Shown piece after piece: positions 54,205 through 62,993 of a stretch of DNA of 64,000 bases. Below the pieces are notes generated by a model, which was not told the origin of the DNA, ran no database searches, and was given only the letters and a program-made list of their open reading frames with translations. Made by a program: the position numbers and the translations under genes. Position 1 is the stretch's first letter; each line of letters starts with the position of its first letter. Source of the stretch: Escherichia phage Lw1; the sequence record KC801932; one strand, written 5' to 3'.

Positions 54205-54600
54205 TTACGCAAGTTCAATATGCGGCGCGTCGATGAACTTAGTTTCAATAGGAAGACGCGGATCATTCTTCCAGTTGATACCGAAACGCAGTTTCACGCC
54301 CAGTTCATCACCAGCTTTTTTCATTGCGTCCAGGACAGGCAACCACACTTTCGGGTTTTTCTGCCAACCTTCCGGCAGTACACTAGGATACAGATCCACA
54401 GCATCGCCAGTGATGTGCTTTGATGCCATTGTCTGAGATACACCCTGGCGCACGTATTCGCGCTGTTGCTCTACGGTACGCAGACCTTCACGTACACCGA
54501 AATCAACGGTTGAGAGTTCAAGAGCACGGTTTACAACCTTAACCAGTTCAGGCTTAACACCTTTCAGGTTGTTCAGGCTTTTCTGACTAAATTTAAACAT
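54205..54600 (-). CDS. Peptidase M15-family cell wall hydrolase (endolysin candidate)
   Basis: Zn-peptidase signature SKHITGDAVDL and C-terminal H (PHIEL), as in L-Ala-D-Glu peptidase endolysins. Confidence 0.55.
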   Translation of the reverse strand: MFKFSQKSLNNLKGVKPELVKVVNRALELSTVDFGVREGLRTVEQQREYVRQGVSQTMASKHITGDAVDLYPSVLPEGWQKNPKVWLPVLDAMKKAGDELGVKLRFGINWKNDPRLPIETKFIDAPHIELA

Positions 54601-54666
54601 ACATACCTCTTTATGAAAATACCCTATGGGCTACACAGGGTATTTACGGTTTAAGAGGCGCAACAG

Positions 54667-55089
54667 TTACATTTCCCAGAGAGCATCATCCGCTCTACGG
54701 ATGGTCCATTCTCTGTGCATTTTACGACTTTCTTCTCTGATTTCGAGAGGCAGATTATCGTTGTTGATTTGGTCAACATATTCCCGTGCATCTTTTTCGC
54801 TAAGGAAAAAAGCATGGAAATTATAATGATTGCGCCCCAATACATTTCGATCCATCAATGAACATCGACTATGATTTTCCCAGTCATTGTAAATGGTAAT
54901 ACACTTAACAAATAACCCGATTCCACGATGATTATACGGGAATCCAGTGATGATATGTTTACGACCCATTTCTGCTTTAACACCAGTGATGCTAAACACT
55001 TCATACAGAATAGCACCAGGTTTAATGTCTTTCAGTTGAGCACGTTTTTCAAAAGCATTCATAATATACACCTCACAATTAGTTTTCAT
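54667..55089 (-). CDS. Hypothetical protein (start uncertain)
   Basis: ORF; alternative start at MNAFEK. Confidence 0.35.
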   Translation of the reverse strand: MKTNCEVYIMNAFEKRAQLKDIKPGAILYEVFSITGVKAEMGRKHIITGFPYNHRGIGLFVKCITIYNDWENHSRCSLMDRNVLGRNHYNFHAFFLSEKDAREYVDQINNDNLPLEIREESRKMHREWTIRRADDALWEM

Positions 55090-55117
55090 ATACAGATTAC
55101 CATAGTCAGGTTATCTG

Positions 55118-55438
55118 TCAACAGGGATTATCGTTTTTTGATGGAAAAGTTAACTGGAACAAACGGTCATGCAACGCGTCGATACGTTCACACGCTTGCT
55201 TGAGTATCACTTTATCCCCCGCGCTGGTTGTCTCAATGCAGCCCAGTTCGTCCGCATCAATCGCGATCACATCATCCATCAGTGAAGCGAATATGTTCAC
55301 GTCAGGGTGAGTCAGTTCCTGTATTTCCAATATCATCCCGTCATGCTGGGATAACAGTTCGATGATATCTCTTTGCAGATCTCCCTGGTACGGGAAACCT
55401 GTTTGAAGATGGTTGATTATTCTTTCTGCTTTGGTCAT
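55118..55438 (-). CDS. Hypothetical acidic protein (106 aa)
   Basis: ORF downstream of terminator hairpin. Confidence 0.35.
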   Translation of the reverse strand: MTKAERIINHLQTGFPYQGDLQRDIIELLSQHDGMILEIQELTHPDVNIFASLMDDVIAIDADELGCIETTSAGDKVILKQACERIDALHDRLFQLTFPSKNDNPC

Positions 55439-55447
55439 ATTTCACCT

Positions 55448-55470
55448 ACAAAAAAGCCCCTTTCGGGGCT
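55448..55470 (-). terminator. Rho-independent terminator (agccccgaaaggggcttttt on minus strand)
   Basis: Perfect GC stem with tetraloop and T-run. Confidence 0.5.
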
Positions 55471-55476
55471 TCTGGA

Positions 55477-55740
55477 TTAAAGTTCACAGCAACGGCACAC
55501 ACCGTAATTGCTGAAAGGTTCTTCGCCGCTCAAATAAGCCCAGAAGTCGCAAGCCTGTTCAGCGGTTTCGAAGATTGCAGCCTCGTAGAAACCACGTTCT
55601 TCATTACCTGCTTCGTTGATATAAACCGGAGTCCAGAGGCTCGGTTTGAAGCAGTCAGAAACAACTACCCAACCATCTTTCGCTTTCATTGCTTCTTTAT
55701 TCGCTTCAACCATTTCCAGAATTTCGTTCAGTAAGCTCAT
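55477..55740 (-). CDS. Hypothetical protein (87 aa)
   Basis: ORF. Confidence 0.35.
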   Translation of the reverse strand: MSLLNEILEMVEANKEAMKAKDGWVVVSDCFKPSLWTPVYINEAGNEERGFYEAAIFETAEQACDFWAYLSGEEPFSNYGVCRCCEL

Positions 55741-55811
55741 TTTGAATCCCCTTTAATCCGTTTCGTTGTCTACGAGAGAGATATTATCATACTGGGGATT
55801 CATGTCAACAC

Positions 55812-56075
55812 TTATTCGAAACGAATCGTGCTATTTTTGAAAAACATTCCAGAGCACACAGCACCAGCGATCGGTTTACCGTTTACGCCCGTAGCCGTAA
55901 ATCCGGTTGCGTATGTATCCTTTTCAGAACAGGAAAACCAGCTATATCCTGTGAACTGAATATTCGAATACCCTTGCGCTTCCAGGATACGCTGTGCTTC
56001 TCGTTCGTCGGTACAGCTTGATTGCAATAGAACGAGAACCACAACCAGTAAGACACATCCAATAACTTTAAACAT
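55812..56075 (-). CDS. Hypothetical lipoprotein-like small protein
   Basis: Signal peptide ending LLQSSC (lipobox-like). Confidence 0.35.
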   Translation of the reverse strand: MFKVIGCVLLVVVLVLLQSSCTDEREAQRILEAQGYSNIQFTGYSWFSCSEKDTYATGFTATGVNGKPIAGAVCSGMFFKNSTIRFE

Positions 56076-56077
56076 AA

Positions 56078-56554
56078 TTACACTCTTTTTAAGTTGGTTT
56101 TACCTGCTTGAACCCAGCTAACACCTAAAGAACCACAACGGAAACCGCTGATAGCACCGAGACATACAGTTGTATGACTGAAAGTGTTAGGTAAATCGAC
56201 CTGGTTATCAGGAGAGATACCCAAATCATGTACGCTTACATCAGTTGCATACAGATAACCACCAGACACATACAGGGAATTGATCGAACCGAACGCGTCA
56301 TTAGGCCATTTAAAACGGTATTTGTCGCCCCATAGCTCAACTTCATACACCTGATATTCATCGAACAGAGGATCGTTACCCTTCGTTGCTGTATAAAGAG
56401 CACTACGCCATTCATACAGCTTTGCTTCAATGTCACTGACATTGATTTCTTTGCCAGCGCTTAAATCATCAAGCACTTGCTCAAGTTCGCGGATTGCTCC
56501 GCTTAATTCACAAGAAAGATTCATACAATACCCTCTTCTTTGAGCACTTCCCAA
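56078..56554 (-). CDS. Hypothetical protein (158 aa)
   Basis: ORF. Confidence 0.35.
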   Translation of the reverse strand: MGSAQRRGYCMNLSCELSGAIRELEQVLDDLSAGKEINVSDIEAKLYEWRSALYTATKGNDPLFDEYQVYEVELWGDKYRFKWPNDAFGSINSLYVSGGYLYATDVSVHDLGISPDNQVDLPNTFSHTTVCLGAISGFRCGSLGVSWVQAGKTNLKRV

Positions 56555-56880
56555 ATAAGTTTATCCAGGTGCATTAGGTTCCACATAACAGAGTCATACG
56601 AACCCAGCGAGCGGGAGTAAATTACACCCCATGAACGATATGCTTTTTGAAACTCTTCCGCGCTGTTTGTATCGCACGGCATATCATCACCAGAAGCGAT
56701 CAGCAGTTTAAACACCATCAGGCTGTTGAGCAGTTTTGAACTTGCGTCCTGTTCTCTCAGCTTAGACCAATACCGTTCGATAATCGCTTTTGCTTTCGGT
56801 TCAGTAATACGCCCATTACTACAACGTTCACGATACACATACATCAGTTCATCGAGTATTTCTGTCATAACACACCCCAT
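56521..56880 (-). CDS. Hypothetical protein (119 aa)
   Basis: ORF. Confidence 0.35.
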   Translation of the reverse strand: MGCVMTEILDELMYVYRERCSNGRITEPKAKAIIERYWSKLREQDASSKLLNSLMVFKLLIASGDDMPCDTNSAEEFQKAYRSWGVIYSRSLGSYDSVMWNLMHLDKLIWEVLKEEGIV

Positions 56881-57191
56881 TTACTTTTGATTCTGTTGCA
56901 TTCTTCCGCACACTCTTTTTCCGCAAGGATTTTGCGAACAACCGCGTTTCTGATTTTCCAGAGATAATCGATCATCTGCATATCTTCGGGAGTGTGATAA
57001 CCTTTCATATCGCATTCAAATACGATAGCATCGCGTTCTGACATTGCCATTATCGCGGTAGCCGAACAAATGGTCATCCCACTATATTTTTCAATCAACG
57101 ATTCCAGTGTACGCTTTTCTGCCGGAATGTCAACAGTTATCGGAACAGGACGGATTCTTGTAGTCGAATCGTCGAAGGATTGATAAATCAT
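56865..57191 (-). CDS. Hypothetical protein (108 aa)
   Basis: ORF directly downstream of radical-SAM-like gene. Confidence 0.35.
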   Translation of the reverse strand: MIYQSFDDSTTRIRPVPITVDIPAEKRTLESLIEKYSGMTICSATAIMAMSERDAIVFECDMKGYHTPEDMQMIDYLWKIRNAVVRKILAEKECAEECNRIKSKWGVL

Positions 57192-58342
57192 TTTAACTCC
57201 ACTGCATAAACATCGGTTTCGGGGGCTTTGTGTACGCGCATATCTTTACCACATACCGCATAAGCCGGACAGTTGCGACAACCGTTATGATCCGTGTTGC
57301 CTGTCAGTTCTTTACGGAACTGTTTTGTTTTCGGGTGTTCCCAGATATCTTTGATAAAATCATCGGCTTCAAGGACATTCAAACCTTCACCCCAGCCACC
57401 TTCAACCCAACGTTCGGTAAACGAGCAAGGGAAGAATTCGCCTTTTTCGTTGATGTAAGAGCTAAACATCGTCGCTTCACAATCTTCCGCATACTGCTTG
57501 TATTGTTCGAAGTTCGGGTGTCCCTCCATCGCTTCAACGAAAGCTGGGGCTGAACAGCTATCGAATCCAAATCCTACACCAGAATCAAGGCAGTATTCAA
57601 CAAGTTTTTTGTATTGTTCGCGGGTGACTGTATCCCAGTTCTTACCACGTCCCTTTTGTTTCAGACCCAGGAACACGATCGCGTTGACTTGTTTCAGGCG
57701 CGGATCATTACGCACAGCATCAACAACGGTAAACGCATCATCATAGGTCTTTGAGCTAACCATGAAATGTAGGTTGATTTGCTGTTGTCCTGCTTCTGCC
57801 AGGTTTGCGACGGAATCGAAAGCAACATCGAAGCCAGCATGTTTATAAACCGATACTGCAACAGCCCCAGCAACCGCCGCTAAACGCGCTGCAACGTCTT
57901 TTGATACATCAGCAATGGTAAGGTTCGGTACAATGCCTTTAGAACGCGCATAGGCCATCATATCGAACATATCAGGGTTTGTTTGTCCCTGTGCATCAGC
58001 ACCGAGTGCGCATTGGGTTAACCAGGGCATTTTATCAATGATGGATTTGAAAGAAGCAAGATCCATATTGTAGCCGTTCGGGTTATTGGACTTGTAACAG
58101 AAACCACACAGCTTACCAGCGGGGCCATTACATTTAGTTGTGATCTCGATATCGAGGATAAAAGGAAAATGACTATAAATAGGATCGTCAGCAGGAGTTT
58201 TGCCCCAAGTCATCATATGACCTGTTTTCATATCAAAATTAAAATTAACCTCTTCGGAACGATAGATTTTCTTTCCTTTCGCTTCCAGTAGAAGTCCAAC
58301 AGGCGTTTTGATATGTTTGGCGTTTACTTTAACGTGTCTCAT
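57188..58342 (-). CDS. Radical-SAM-like Fe-S enzyme (approx 384 aa), non-canonical Cys spacing
   Basis: TTKCNGPAGKLCGFCY (Cx7Cx2C) near N-terminus, further Cys cluster CRNCPAYAVC near C-terminus; start at ATG 58342 with AGGT RBS. Confidence 0.45.
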   Translation of the reverse strand: MRHVKVNAKHIKTPVGLLLEAKGKKIYRSEEVNFNFDMKTGHMMTWGKTPADDPIYSHFPFILDIEITTKCNGPAGKLCGFCYKSNNPNGYNMDLASFKSIIDKMPWLTQCALGADAQGQTNPDMFDMMAYARSKGIVPNLTIADVSKDVAARLAAVAGAVAVSVYKHAGFDVAFDSVANLAEAGQQQINLHFMVSSKTYDDAFTVVDAVRNDPRLKQVNAIVFLGLKQKGRGKNWDTVTREQYKKLVEYCLDSGVGFGFDSCSAPAFVEAMEGHPNFEQYKQYAEDCEATMFSSYINEKGEFFPCSFTERWVEGGWGEGLNVLEADDFIKDIWEHPKTKQFRKELTGNTDHNGCRNCPAYAVCGKDMRVHKAPETDVYAVELK

Positions 58343-58354
58343 AGGAACCTCATA

Positions 58355-59083
58355 ATGTATTACGTTTACAGAATCACAAATGTTATAGAGAACAAGCACT
58401 ATTATGGATCAAGAAAACCTAAAAAGTCAATGCTTGCTTCCGACGATTTAGGGAAACACTATTTCAGTAGTTCCCGTGATAGTCATTTCATCCAAGATCA
58501 GAAGGAAAATCCAGGACACTACAAATATAAAGTAATCGTATCGGGGTTGTCAAGGGAAAAGGCGATGAAACTTGAGAAAAGGTTACACGAAATCTACAAG
58601 GTGGACACGAACCCACATTTTTATAACAAACACATACACAACAGCGTTGATTTTTCATGTACACCAGAAACAGGAAAGAAGATTTCACAAACACACCAGA
58701 AATATGCAGCAAAGAAAATTTCAGAATCACATAAAAGGCGATTCAAGGAAGGTATAGCATCACATAAAGGAGAGAACAACCCACGATACAACGATCATCG
58801 GTCTTATGAAGAGATACACGGAGAAGAAAAAGCGGAGACTATACGCAAAGCACAATCTGAATCAAGAAGAGGAAAAGGCAATTCCCGCGCGGTTACGTGG
58901 AAATTTACTTCCCCTAATGGAGAAGAATTTTTAGTTGAAGGAGAATGTAAAAAGTTTTGCAAAGACAGAAATATTTCCATGCGTAAACTGAAAACCTATC
59001 TGGGTGAAGTCATCACAACATGCGATAAACCCTACTATATCTCTAAGAATACCGTAGGATGGAAATTAGAAAAGATTATTTGA
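58355..59083 (+). CDS. Free-standing GIY-YIG homing endonuclease (Seg-like)
   Basis: N-terminal YYVYRITNVIENKHYYGSRK GIY-YIG motif from ATG 58355 (AGGAA RBS); basic C-terminal DNA-binding region; sole plus-strand gene in minus-strand island. Confidence 0.7.
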   Translation: MYYVYRITNVIENKHYYGSRKPKKSMLASDDLGKHYFSSSRDSHFIQDQKENPGHYKYKVIVSGLSREKAMKLEKRLHEIYKVDTNPHFYNKHIHNSVDFSCTPETGKKISQTHQKYAAKKISESHKRRFKEGIASHKGENNPRYNDHRSYEEIHGEEKAETIRKAQSESRRGKGNSRAVTWKFTSPNGEEFLVEGECKKFCKDRNISMRKLKTYLGEVITTCDKPYYISKNTVGWKLEKII

Positions 59084-59330
59084 ATCTTCTTTTACGTTCG
59101 TCAGCCAATTCTTGTTTGTACGTTTTAATGTACTTCCCGTTAAGAATTCGAAGTTGCTGGAAAACTTTGTTGCACAAAGCACGTTTCGCTTTGTATTCTG
59201 GTGTATTGCGGATTGATTCGATCGTCATACCCATTTCGTTTTTAGGGTAAGCGCTCAACTCCCTGCCGATCTCTCTGTACCAGTTGCTTAACTGGTCACG
59301 CTTTGCTTTGTACTCTTCAAAAGTTAACAT
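59076..59330 (-). CDS. Hypothetical protein (84 aa)
   Basis: ORF convergent with GIY-YIG gene. Confidence 0.35.
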   Translation of the reverse strand: MLTFEEYKAKRDQLSNWYREIGRELSAYPKNEMGMTIESIRNTPEYKAKRALCNKVFQQLRILNGKYIKTYKQELADERKRRFK

Positions 59331-59644
59331 AACAATCTCCGGTTTAGTTTCTATGTGTGTAAGGTATCATTACCATACACACAAAGCAAGCTATATTTTC
59401 AAAATTAATCGGAATAATACAAAACAGAACACAGCAGAAAACACCCAACATACAACGAAGAACAACGCGATTCTTTTCAAATCATTCAAGGAATCTTCCA
59501 AAATCGGTTGCAACATCTTTCGGATCTGCTTCAAGTTCATACAGTTCACGAGCTAACGAACTTGGTTTGATATCACGCCCTAAATGGGCACTAACGGCAC
59601 TTAACCACTTAATGTAAGGATCGAACTTGCTCATGGTATGCCTT

Positions 59645-59896
59645 TTATTTGATGCGTACTGCGTTGAAAGCCTGGTTACGAAGTTCGAAAGCCTGTTCAA
59701 GCTGTTCCGTGGTGAACAGAGGGCTGTCAGTGTTCGTAGTGAAACTGCAAATCGTTTTGCTGTCTGCGTTGACTTCTTCAACAACGATATCATAACCCCA
59801 GATCCCGCTAAGTTCGCACTTCACATTCCGGTACTTGATGTATACCGCAACAACATCTTCTTTCTTATAATTCCGGCTTTTGTAGATGATTTCCAT
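59645..59896 (-). CDS. Hypothetical protein (83 aa)
   Basis: ATG 59896 with AGGAGG RBS just downstream of conserved leader. Confidence 0.45.
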   Translation of the reverse strand: MEIIYKSRNYKKEDVVAVYIKYRNVKCELSGIWGYDIVVEEVNADSKTICSFTTNTDSPLFTTEQLEQAFELRNQAFNAVRIK

Positions 59897-59899
59897 GAT

Positions 59900-59932
59900 A
59901 TCCTCCTTCGTTTCGATGTGTGTAATATAACA
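59900..59932 (-). promoter_or_regulatory. PeSL-like cassette, copy 5 (extended -10 TGTTATATT plus conserved leader; no -35 or hairpin)
   Basis: Minus strand TGTTATATTACACACATCGAAACGAAGGAGG; upstream half of cassette absent. Confidence 0.4.
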
Positions 59933-59967
59933 GATCAGGGTTATCGAGTTTTAGCAATTCGTGCTAA

Positions 59968-60246
59968 TTATGCCATTTTCTTAGCGATTTTCCAGGCGGC
60001 TTTGAACGCTGGAACGTCTTCAATCTCAACCCAGAAACCAGATCCGAAACCATCATTGTAGCAAGGACAACCGTCGCAGTAGTTTTCCCAGGTCATCACT
60101 TCACCACCAACAGAAGCACCAGTTTCCATAGCGCGTAACGCATCTTCAACTTTTTCCAGTTTTTCGGCGTTGTCGTCGTAAATGGTGAAGTACCATTTGC
60201 CGTTGTATTCGTTACCCAGTTTGATTGCTTCGCGAACAAGTTTCAT
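59968..60246 (-). CDS. Hypothetical protein (92 aa)
   Basis: Start at ATG 60246 (MKLVRE) downstream of cassette 6; CDGCPC motif. Confidence 0.45.
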   Translation of the reverse strand: MKLVREAIKLGNEYNGKWYFTIYDDNAEKLEKVEDALRAMETGASVGGEVMTWENYCDGCPCYNDGFGSGFWVEIEDVPAFKAAWKIAKKMA

Positions 60247-60261
60247 GATGATTTCCTTTTT

Positions 60262-60320
60262 GTCTGTTTCGTTTCGATGTGTGTAATATAACAAAACCCC
60301 TCACCATAGGCAAGGGGTTT
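60262..60320 (-). promoter_or_regulatory. PeSL-like promoter cassette, copy 6 (TTGCCT-17-TATATT, hairpin, full conserved leader)
   Basis: Minus strand: -35 60308-60313, -10 60285-60290; leader ACACACATCGAAACGAAACAGACAAAAAGGAAA nearly identical to copy 1. Confidence 0.55.
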
Positions 60321-60335
60321 CTTTAACAAAACGTG

Positions 60336-60584
60336 CTATTTTGTTTCTTCGAGGATTCGAAGGATTTCGGCGCGGGGGATCGGATGTTTTGCCAGCTCAC
60401 GGATCGCATGATCAAGATGCGTTTTACACATCAAGAATTCTTTCCCGCATTTGTGGCATGTCGCATACATATCACCATGTATACGGTCGATTCCATCCAT
60501 CACATAATACTTCATAAAGACGTAAGGTGTTCCACCATTCCAGCCCCGCGCAACGTGATTACACTCTCGATTGAACCATGACAT
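60336..60584 (-). CDS. Hypothetical protein (82 aa)
   Basis: ORF; CHKCGKEF zinc-ribbon-like motif. Confidence 0.35.
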   Translation of the reverse strand: MSWFNRECNHVARGWNGGTPYVFMKYYVMDGIDRIHGDMYATCHKCGKEFLMCKTHLDHAIRELAKHPIPRAEILRILEETK

Positions 60585-61186
60585 CAGTAATACCCTGGAT
60601 CTTTGAAGTGTGCTTTCATGTATCGCAGAATTTCATGAAGCATCTGGATTTGCTCATGTCCACGTTGTGAAGACATATCGATCATGACGCGAGTCATTTC
60701 GACGTTCTCCAGGCTTGATATACGCTGTTTTAAGGCGTTGTTTTCCTCTTCCAACTCAACCATACGGTCATATGCTTTGATACGCTCCAGAGGCATATCA
60801 GGGCGCTGTTTGAGGACACGGGCGCGGGACACTTCGCATTCGTGATTTGCTTTCCAGTGATCACGTTCACTAGCAATTTTATCGTTCTCCTGGTGTAGAC
60901 GTACAATCTCTTTAAGGAGGCGTTCAGTGGTATCGGGATCAAACGAAACCATGTATTGCATCAGGGATTGCAACCACAGATCCTCTAGCACCGACTGTAA
61001 CGCTTTAGGCCCAATAATGGTAAACGCGCGTTTCTTCATGTTGCTACCGAAACCGTAGTTAACGTTACCCGTAATCGAACCTGGTTGATTCGTACCATCC
61101 CACTTGTCACCGATAACAGGTTTTACTTGCTGAATAGCACGATTCAGTATTTCTAATTCTTCATCTAAAATCATTTCATATCCCAT
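60584..61186 (-). CDS. Hypothetical protein (200 aa)
   Basis: ORF with coiled-coil C-terminal half. Confidence 0.4.
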   Translation of the reverse strand: MGYEMILDEELEILNRAIQQVKPVIGDKWDGTNQPGSITGNVNYGFGSNMKKRAFTIIGPKALQSVLEDLWLQSLMQYMVSFDPDTTERLLKEIVRLHQENDKIASERDHWKANHECEVSRARVLKQRPDMPLERIKAYDRMVELEEENNALKQRISSLENVEMTRVMIDMSSQRGHEQIQMLHEILRYMKAHFKDPGYY

Positions 61187-61575
61187 AATTCATATTGTGA
61201 GCGAAGGATAGCGTAAAGGCTACCGATATGGATCGTGTCTACCGGACACTGGAACAGATCCCCGCGCATCATGTTAAACTCGATATCGTTACGTTCAACA
61301 TAGTTGCCGATCATTGATGTCCAGCCCATCACCAGGTTGTAACCATCTTCCGATAACCCATAAGCCAACTTAACCAAGATGCATCGCTTATCAGCCAGTT
61401 CTACGCGCATATGGGTACTGGTATGGGTGACCTTGTTCGGGAATCTGCGAAACATTTTAGTAAGGAGTTTTGCGGTTTCAATATTGAACGCCAGTTCTTG
61501 ATCCTTACTGGTCTGGTTATCATGACGACGATCCAGATATTTCTTCATTTTCGGATTCAGATTCACATGTTGCAT
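61171..61575 (-). CDS. Hypothetical protein (134 aa)
   Basis: ORF. Confidence 0.35.
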   Translation of the reverse strand: MQHVNLNPKMKKYLDRRHDNQTSKDQELAFNIETAKLLTKMFRRFPNKVTHTSTHMRVELADKRCILVKLAYGLSEDGYNLVMGWTSMIGNYVERNDIEFNMMRGDLFQCPVDTIHIGSLYAILRSQYELWDMK

Positions 61576-61784
61576 AATATATCCCTCACAGGTTTATAAC
61601 GTTCTTTTCCAGTGCCGTTGCATGAACTGCATTTTGGCGATCCGTGGTTATCATATCGCCCCGAACCATTACATGCAACACATTTCCGTAATTTCCAGCC
61701 ATACACGAACCGCATGTAATAATCGGTTCGTGCTGCCTTGCGCTCATGGAAGTTCATACTTTGTTGTAAACCTGAACAACCCAC
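61563..61784 (-). CDS. Small DnaJ-type zinc finger protein
   Basis: Two CxxCxGxG repeats (CVACNGSG, CSSCNGTG). Confidence 0.4.
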   Translation of the reverse strand: MGCSGLQQSMNFHERKAARTDYYMRFVYGWKLRKCVACNGSGRYDNHGSPKCSSCNGTGKERYKPVRDILCNM

Positions 61785-61957
61785 ATTTCGATGTTCGGCG
61801 CGTAAGTAACGTTTACCATCGGCATAGTGCGGTATTTGTAAGCGGCTTTGTACGCATCGAGTTCAGTTGGAACACAGAAAGAGAAACCGTTGTCATAACG
61901 TTCTGCGTTAGAAACTTCATAACCAACTACAGCAGCAATATTTTTGTTCATGTTCAT
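61754..61957 (-). CDS. Hypothetical protein (approx 67 aa)
   Basis: Start at ATG 61957 with AAAGGAAAA RBS downstream of cassette 7. Confidence 0.4.
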   Translation of the reverse strand: MNMNKNIAAVVGYEVSNAERYDNGFSFCVPTELDAYKAAYKYRTMPMVNVTYAPNIEMWVVQVYNKV

Positions 61958-61969
61958 GATGTTTTCCTT

Positions 61970-62030
61970 TCTGTGTTTCGTTTCGATGTGTGTAATATAC
62001 AAAAAAGCCCCTGCATTGCAAGAGGCTTTT
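61970..62030 (-). promoter_or_regulatory. PeSL-like promoter cassette, copy 7 (TTGCAA-16-TATATT, hairpin, conserved leader)
   Basis: Minus strand: -35 62016-62021, -10 61994-61999; leader ACACACATCGAAACGAAACACAGAAAGGAAAA. Confidence 0.5.
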
Positions 62031-62033
62031 GAA

Positions 62034-62993
62034 TTATTTTGGCAATTTTTTGATTAATGCTTGTAAGTCGTTGATTTTAGAAAACAGTTCATCGCTATAT
62101 CGCATCAATTCCTGTCTGCGTTTCGCAGCCCATGAAACCAATGTTTTTGCATCATCAACACCATAAGTGTATCCATCAGCGGATAGACGAATGATCGCAC
62201 GAGAACCGTAGTCAGCATTTGCATGTTCGATTAAAAACTTCACCGCTTCGAGAAGTTCGGAATCTTCCTTACTGACTAGAACACCGTTATCATCAGGAAA
62301 TTCGTTTTCATCATGAACACTTGCAAAATCAAGGTCGATATAATCATCCTGATTCACCTGGCGGCGCGTGTTGTCTTCGAGACTTTCAATCTGTGAAACC
62401 ATAGTTTCGACCGGATCTCTTTCAATTGGTTCTCTGTCGGTTCCTACTTCTTCCAGGAACATCAACAACCAACCAGGGATCAACGAATCAAAAGAACGCT
62501 GAATATGGCTTGCATGGTCACTACCCAGTATTTTCAACGCACAACCGTCTTTAGTAGCGGTATGGATATAGATAACATTACGGTCACGCATACGGCGGCT
62601 ACCATGAGAAAGATAGCGACGTAGCGAAGTGTTATGTCCATAGCGTCCCAGATCCAGGTTACACAGGGAATCAATAGCCCCACGGTTAGCAATCCGGTAG
62701 CGCGTACCAGTTTCAAATCGCAACTTTTCGGTAGTCACTGGTGTGAATTCTTCGTAAAGAATGTAATATTCTTTCGGGATCTCGCGATCAAGAACTCTCA
62801 ATACACCATTCTCCGAAGGAGTGAGCACAGAACGAACATTACCGTTCGCATCGCAATGTACCTGCATGACTTGAGGATAATAGAACCCTTTAGCCTTTAG
62901 GGTGTATTCATGCAAACGACTCAAGCGCTTTCTGTAGTACCATTTACCAGTAACAAACGGGGTTGCAGATCCTGCTAAACTAATTGGTTTCAT
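62034..62993 (-). CDS. Hypothetical protein (319 aa)
   Basis: Long ORF ATGA-coupled to DUF262-like gene. Confidence 0.4.
   Translation of the reverse strand: MKPISLAGSATPFVTGKWYYRKRLSRLHEYTLKAKGFYYPQVMQVHCDANGNVRSVLTPSENGVLRVLDREIPKEYYILYEEFTPVTTEKLRFETGTRYRIANRGAIDSLCNLDLGRYGHNTSLRRYLSHGSRRMRDRNVIYIHTATKDGCALKILGSDHASHIQRSFDSLIPGWLLMFLEEVGTDREPIERDPVETMVSQIESLEDNTRRQVNQDDYIDLDFASVHDENEFPDDNGVLVSKEDSELLEAVKFLIEHANADYGSRAIIRLSADGYTYGVDDAKTLVSWAAKRRQELMRYSDELFSKINDLQALIKKLPK

Noticed and set aside
24184-62030. Possible CRISPR array, because of the repeated approx 25-nt motif
   Set aside because: Copies are dispersed over 38 kb on both strands, not regularly spaced, and each has promoter hexamers and is followed by an RBS and ORF. 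This is a promoter cassette family, not a CRISPR repeat-spacer array.
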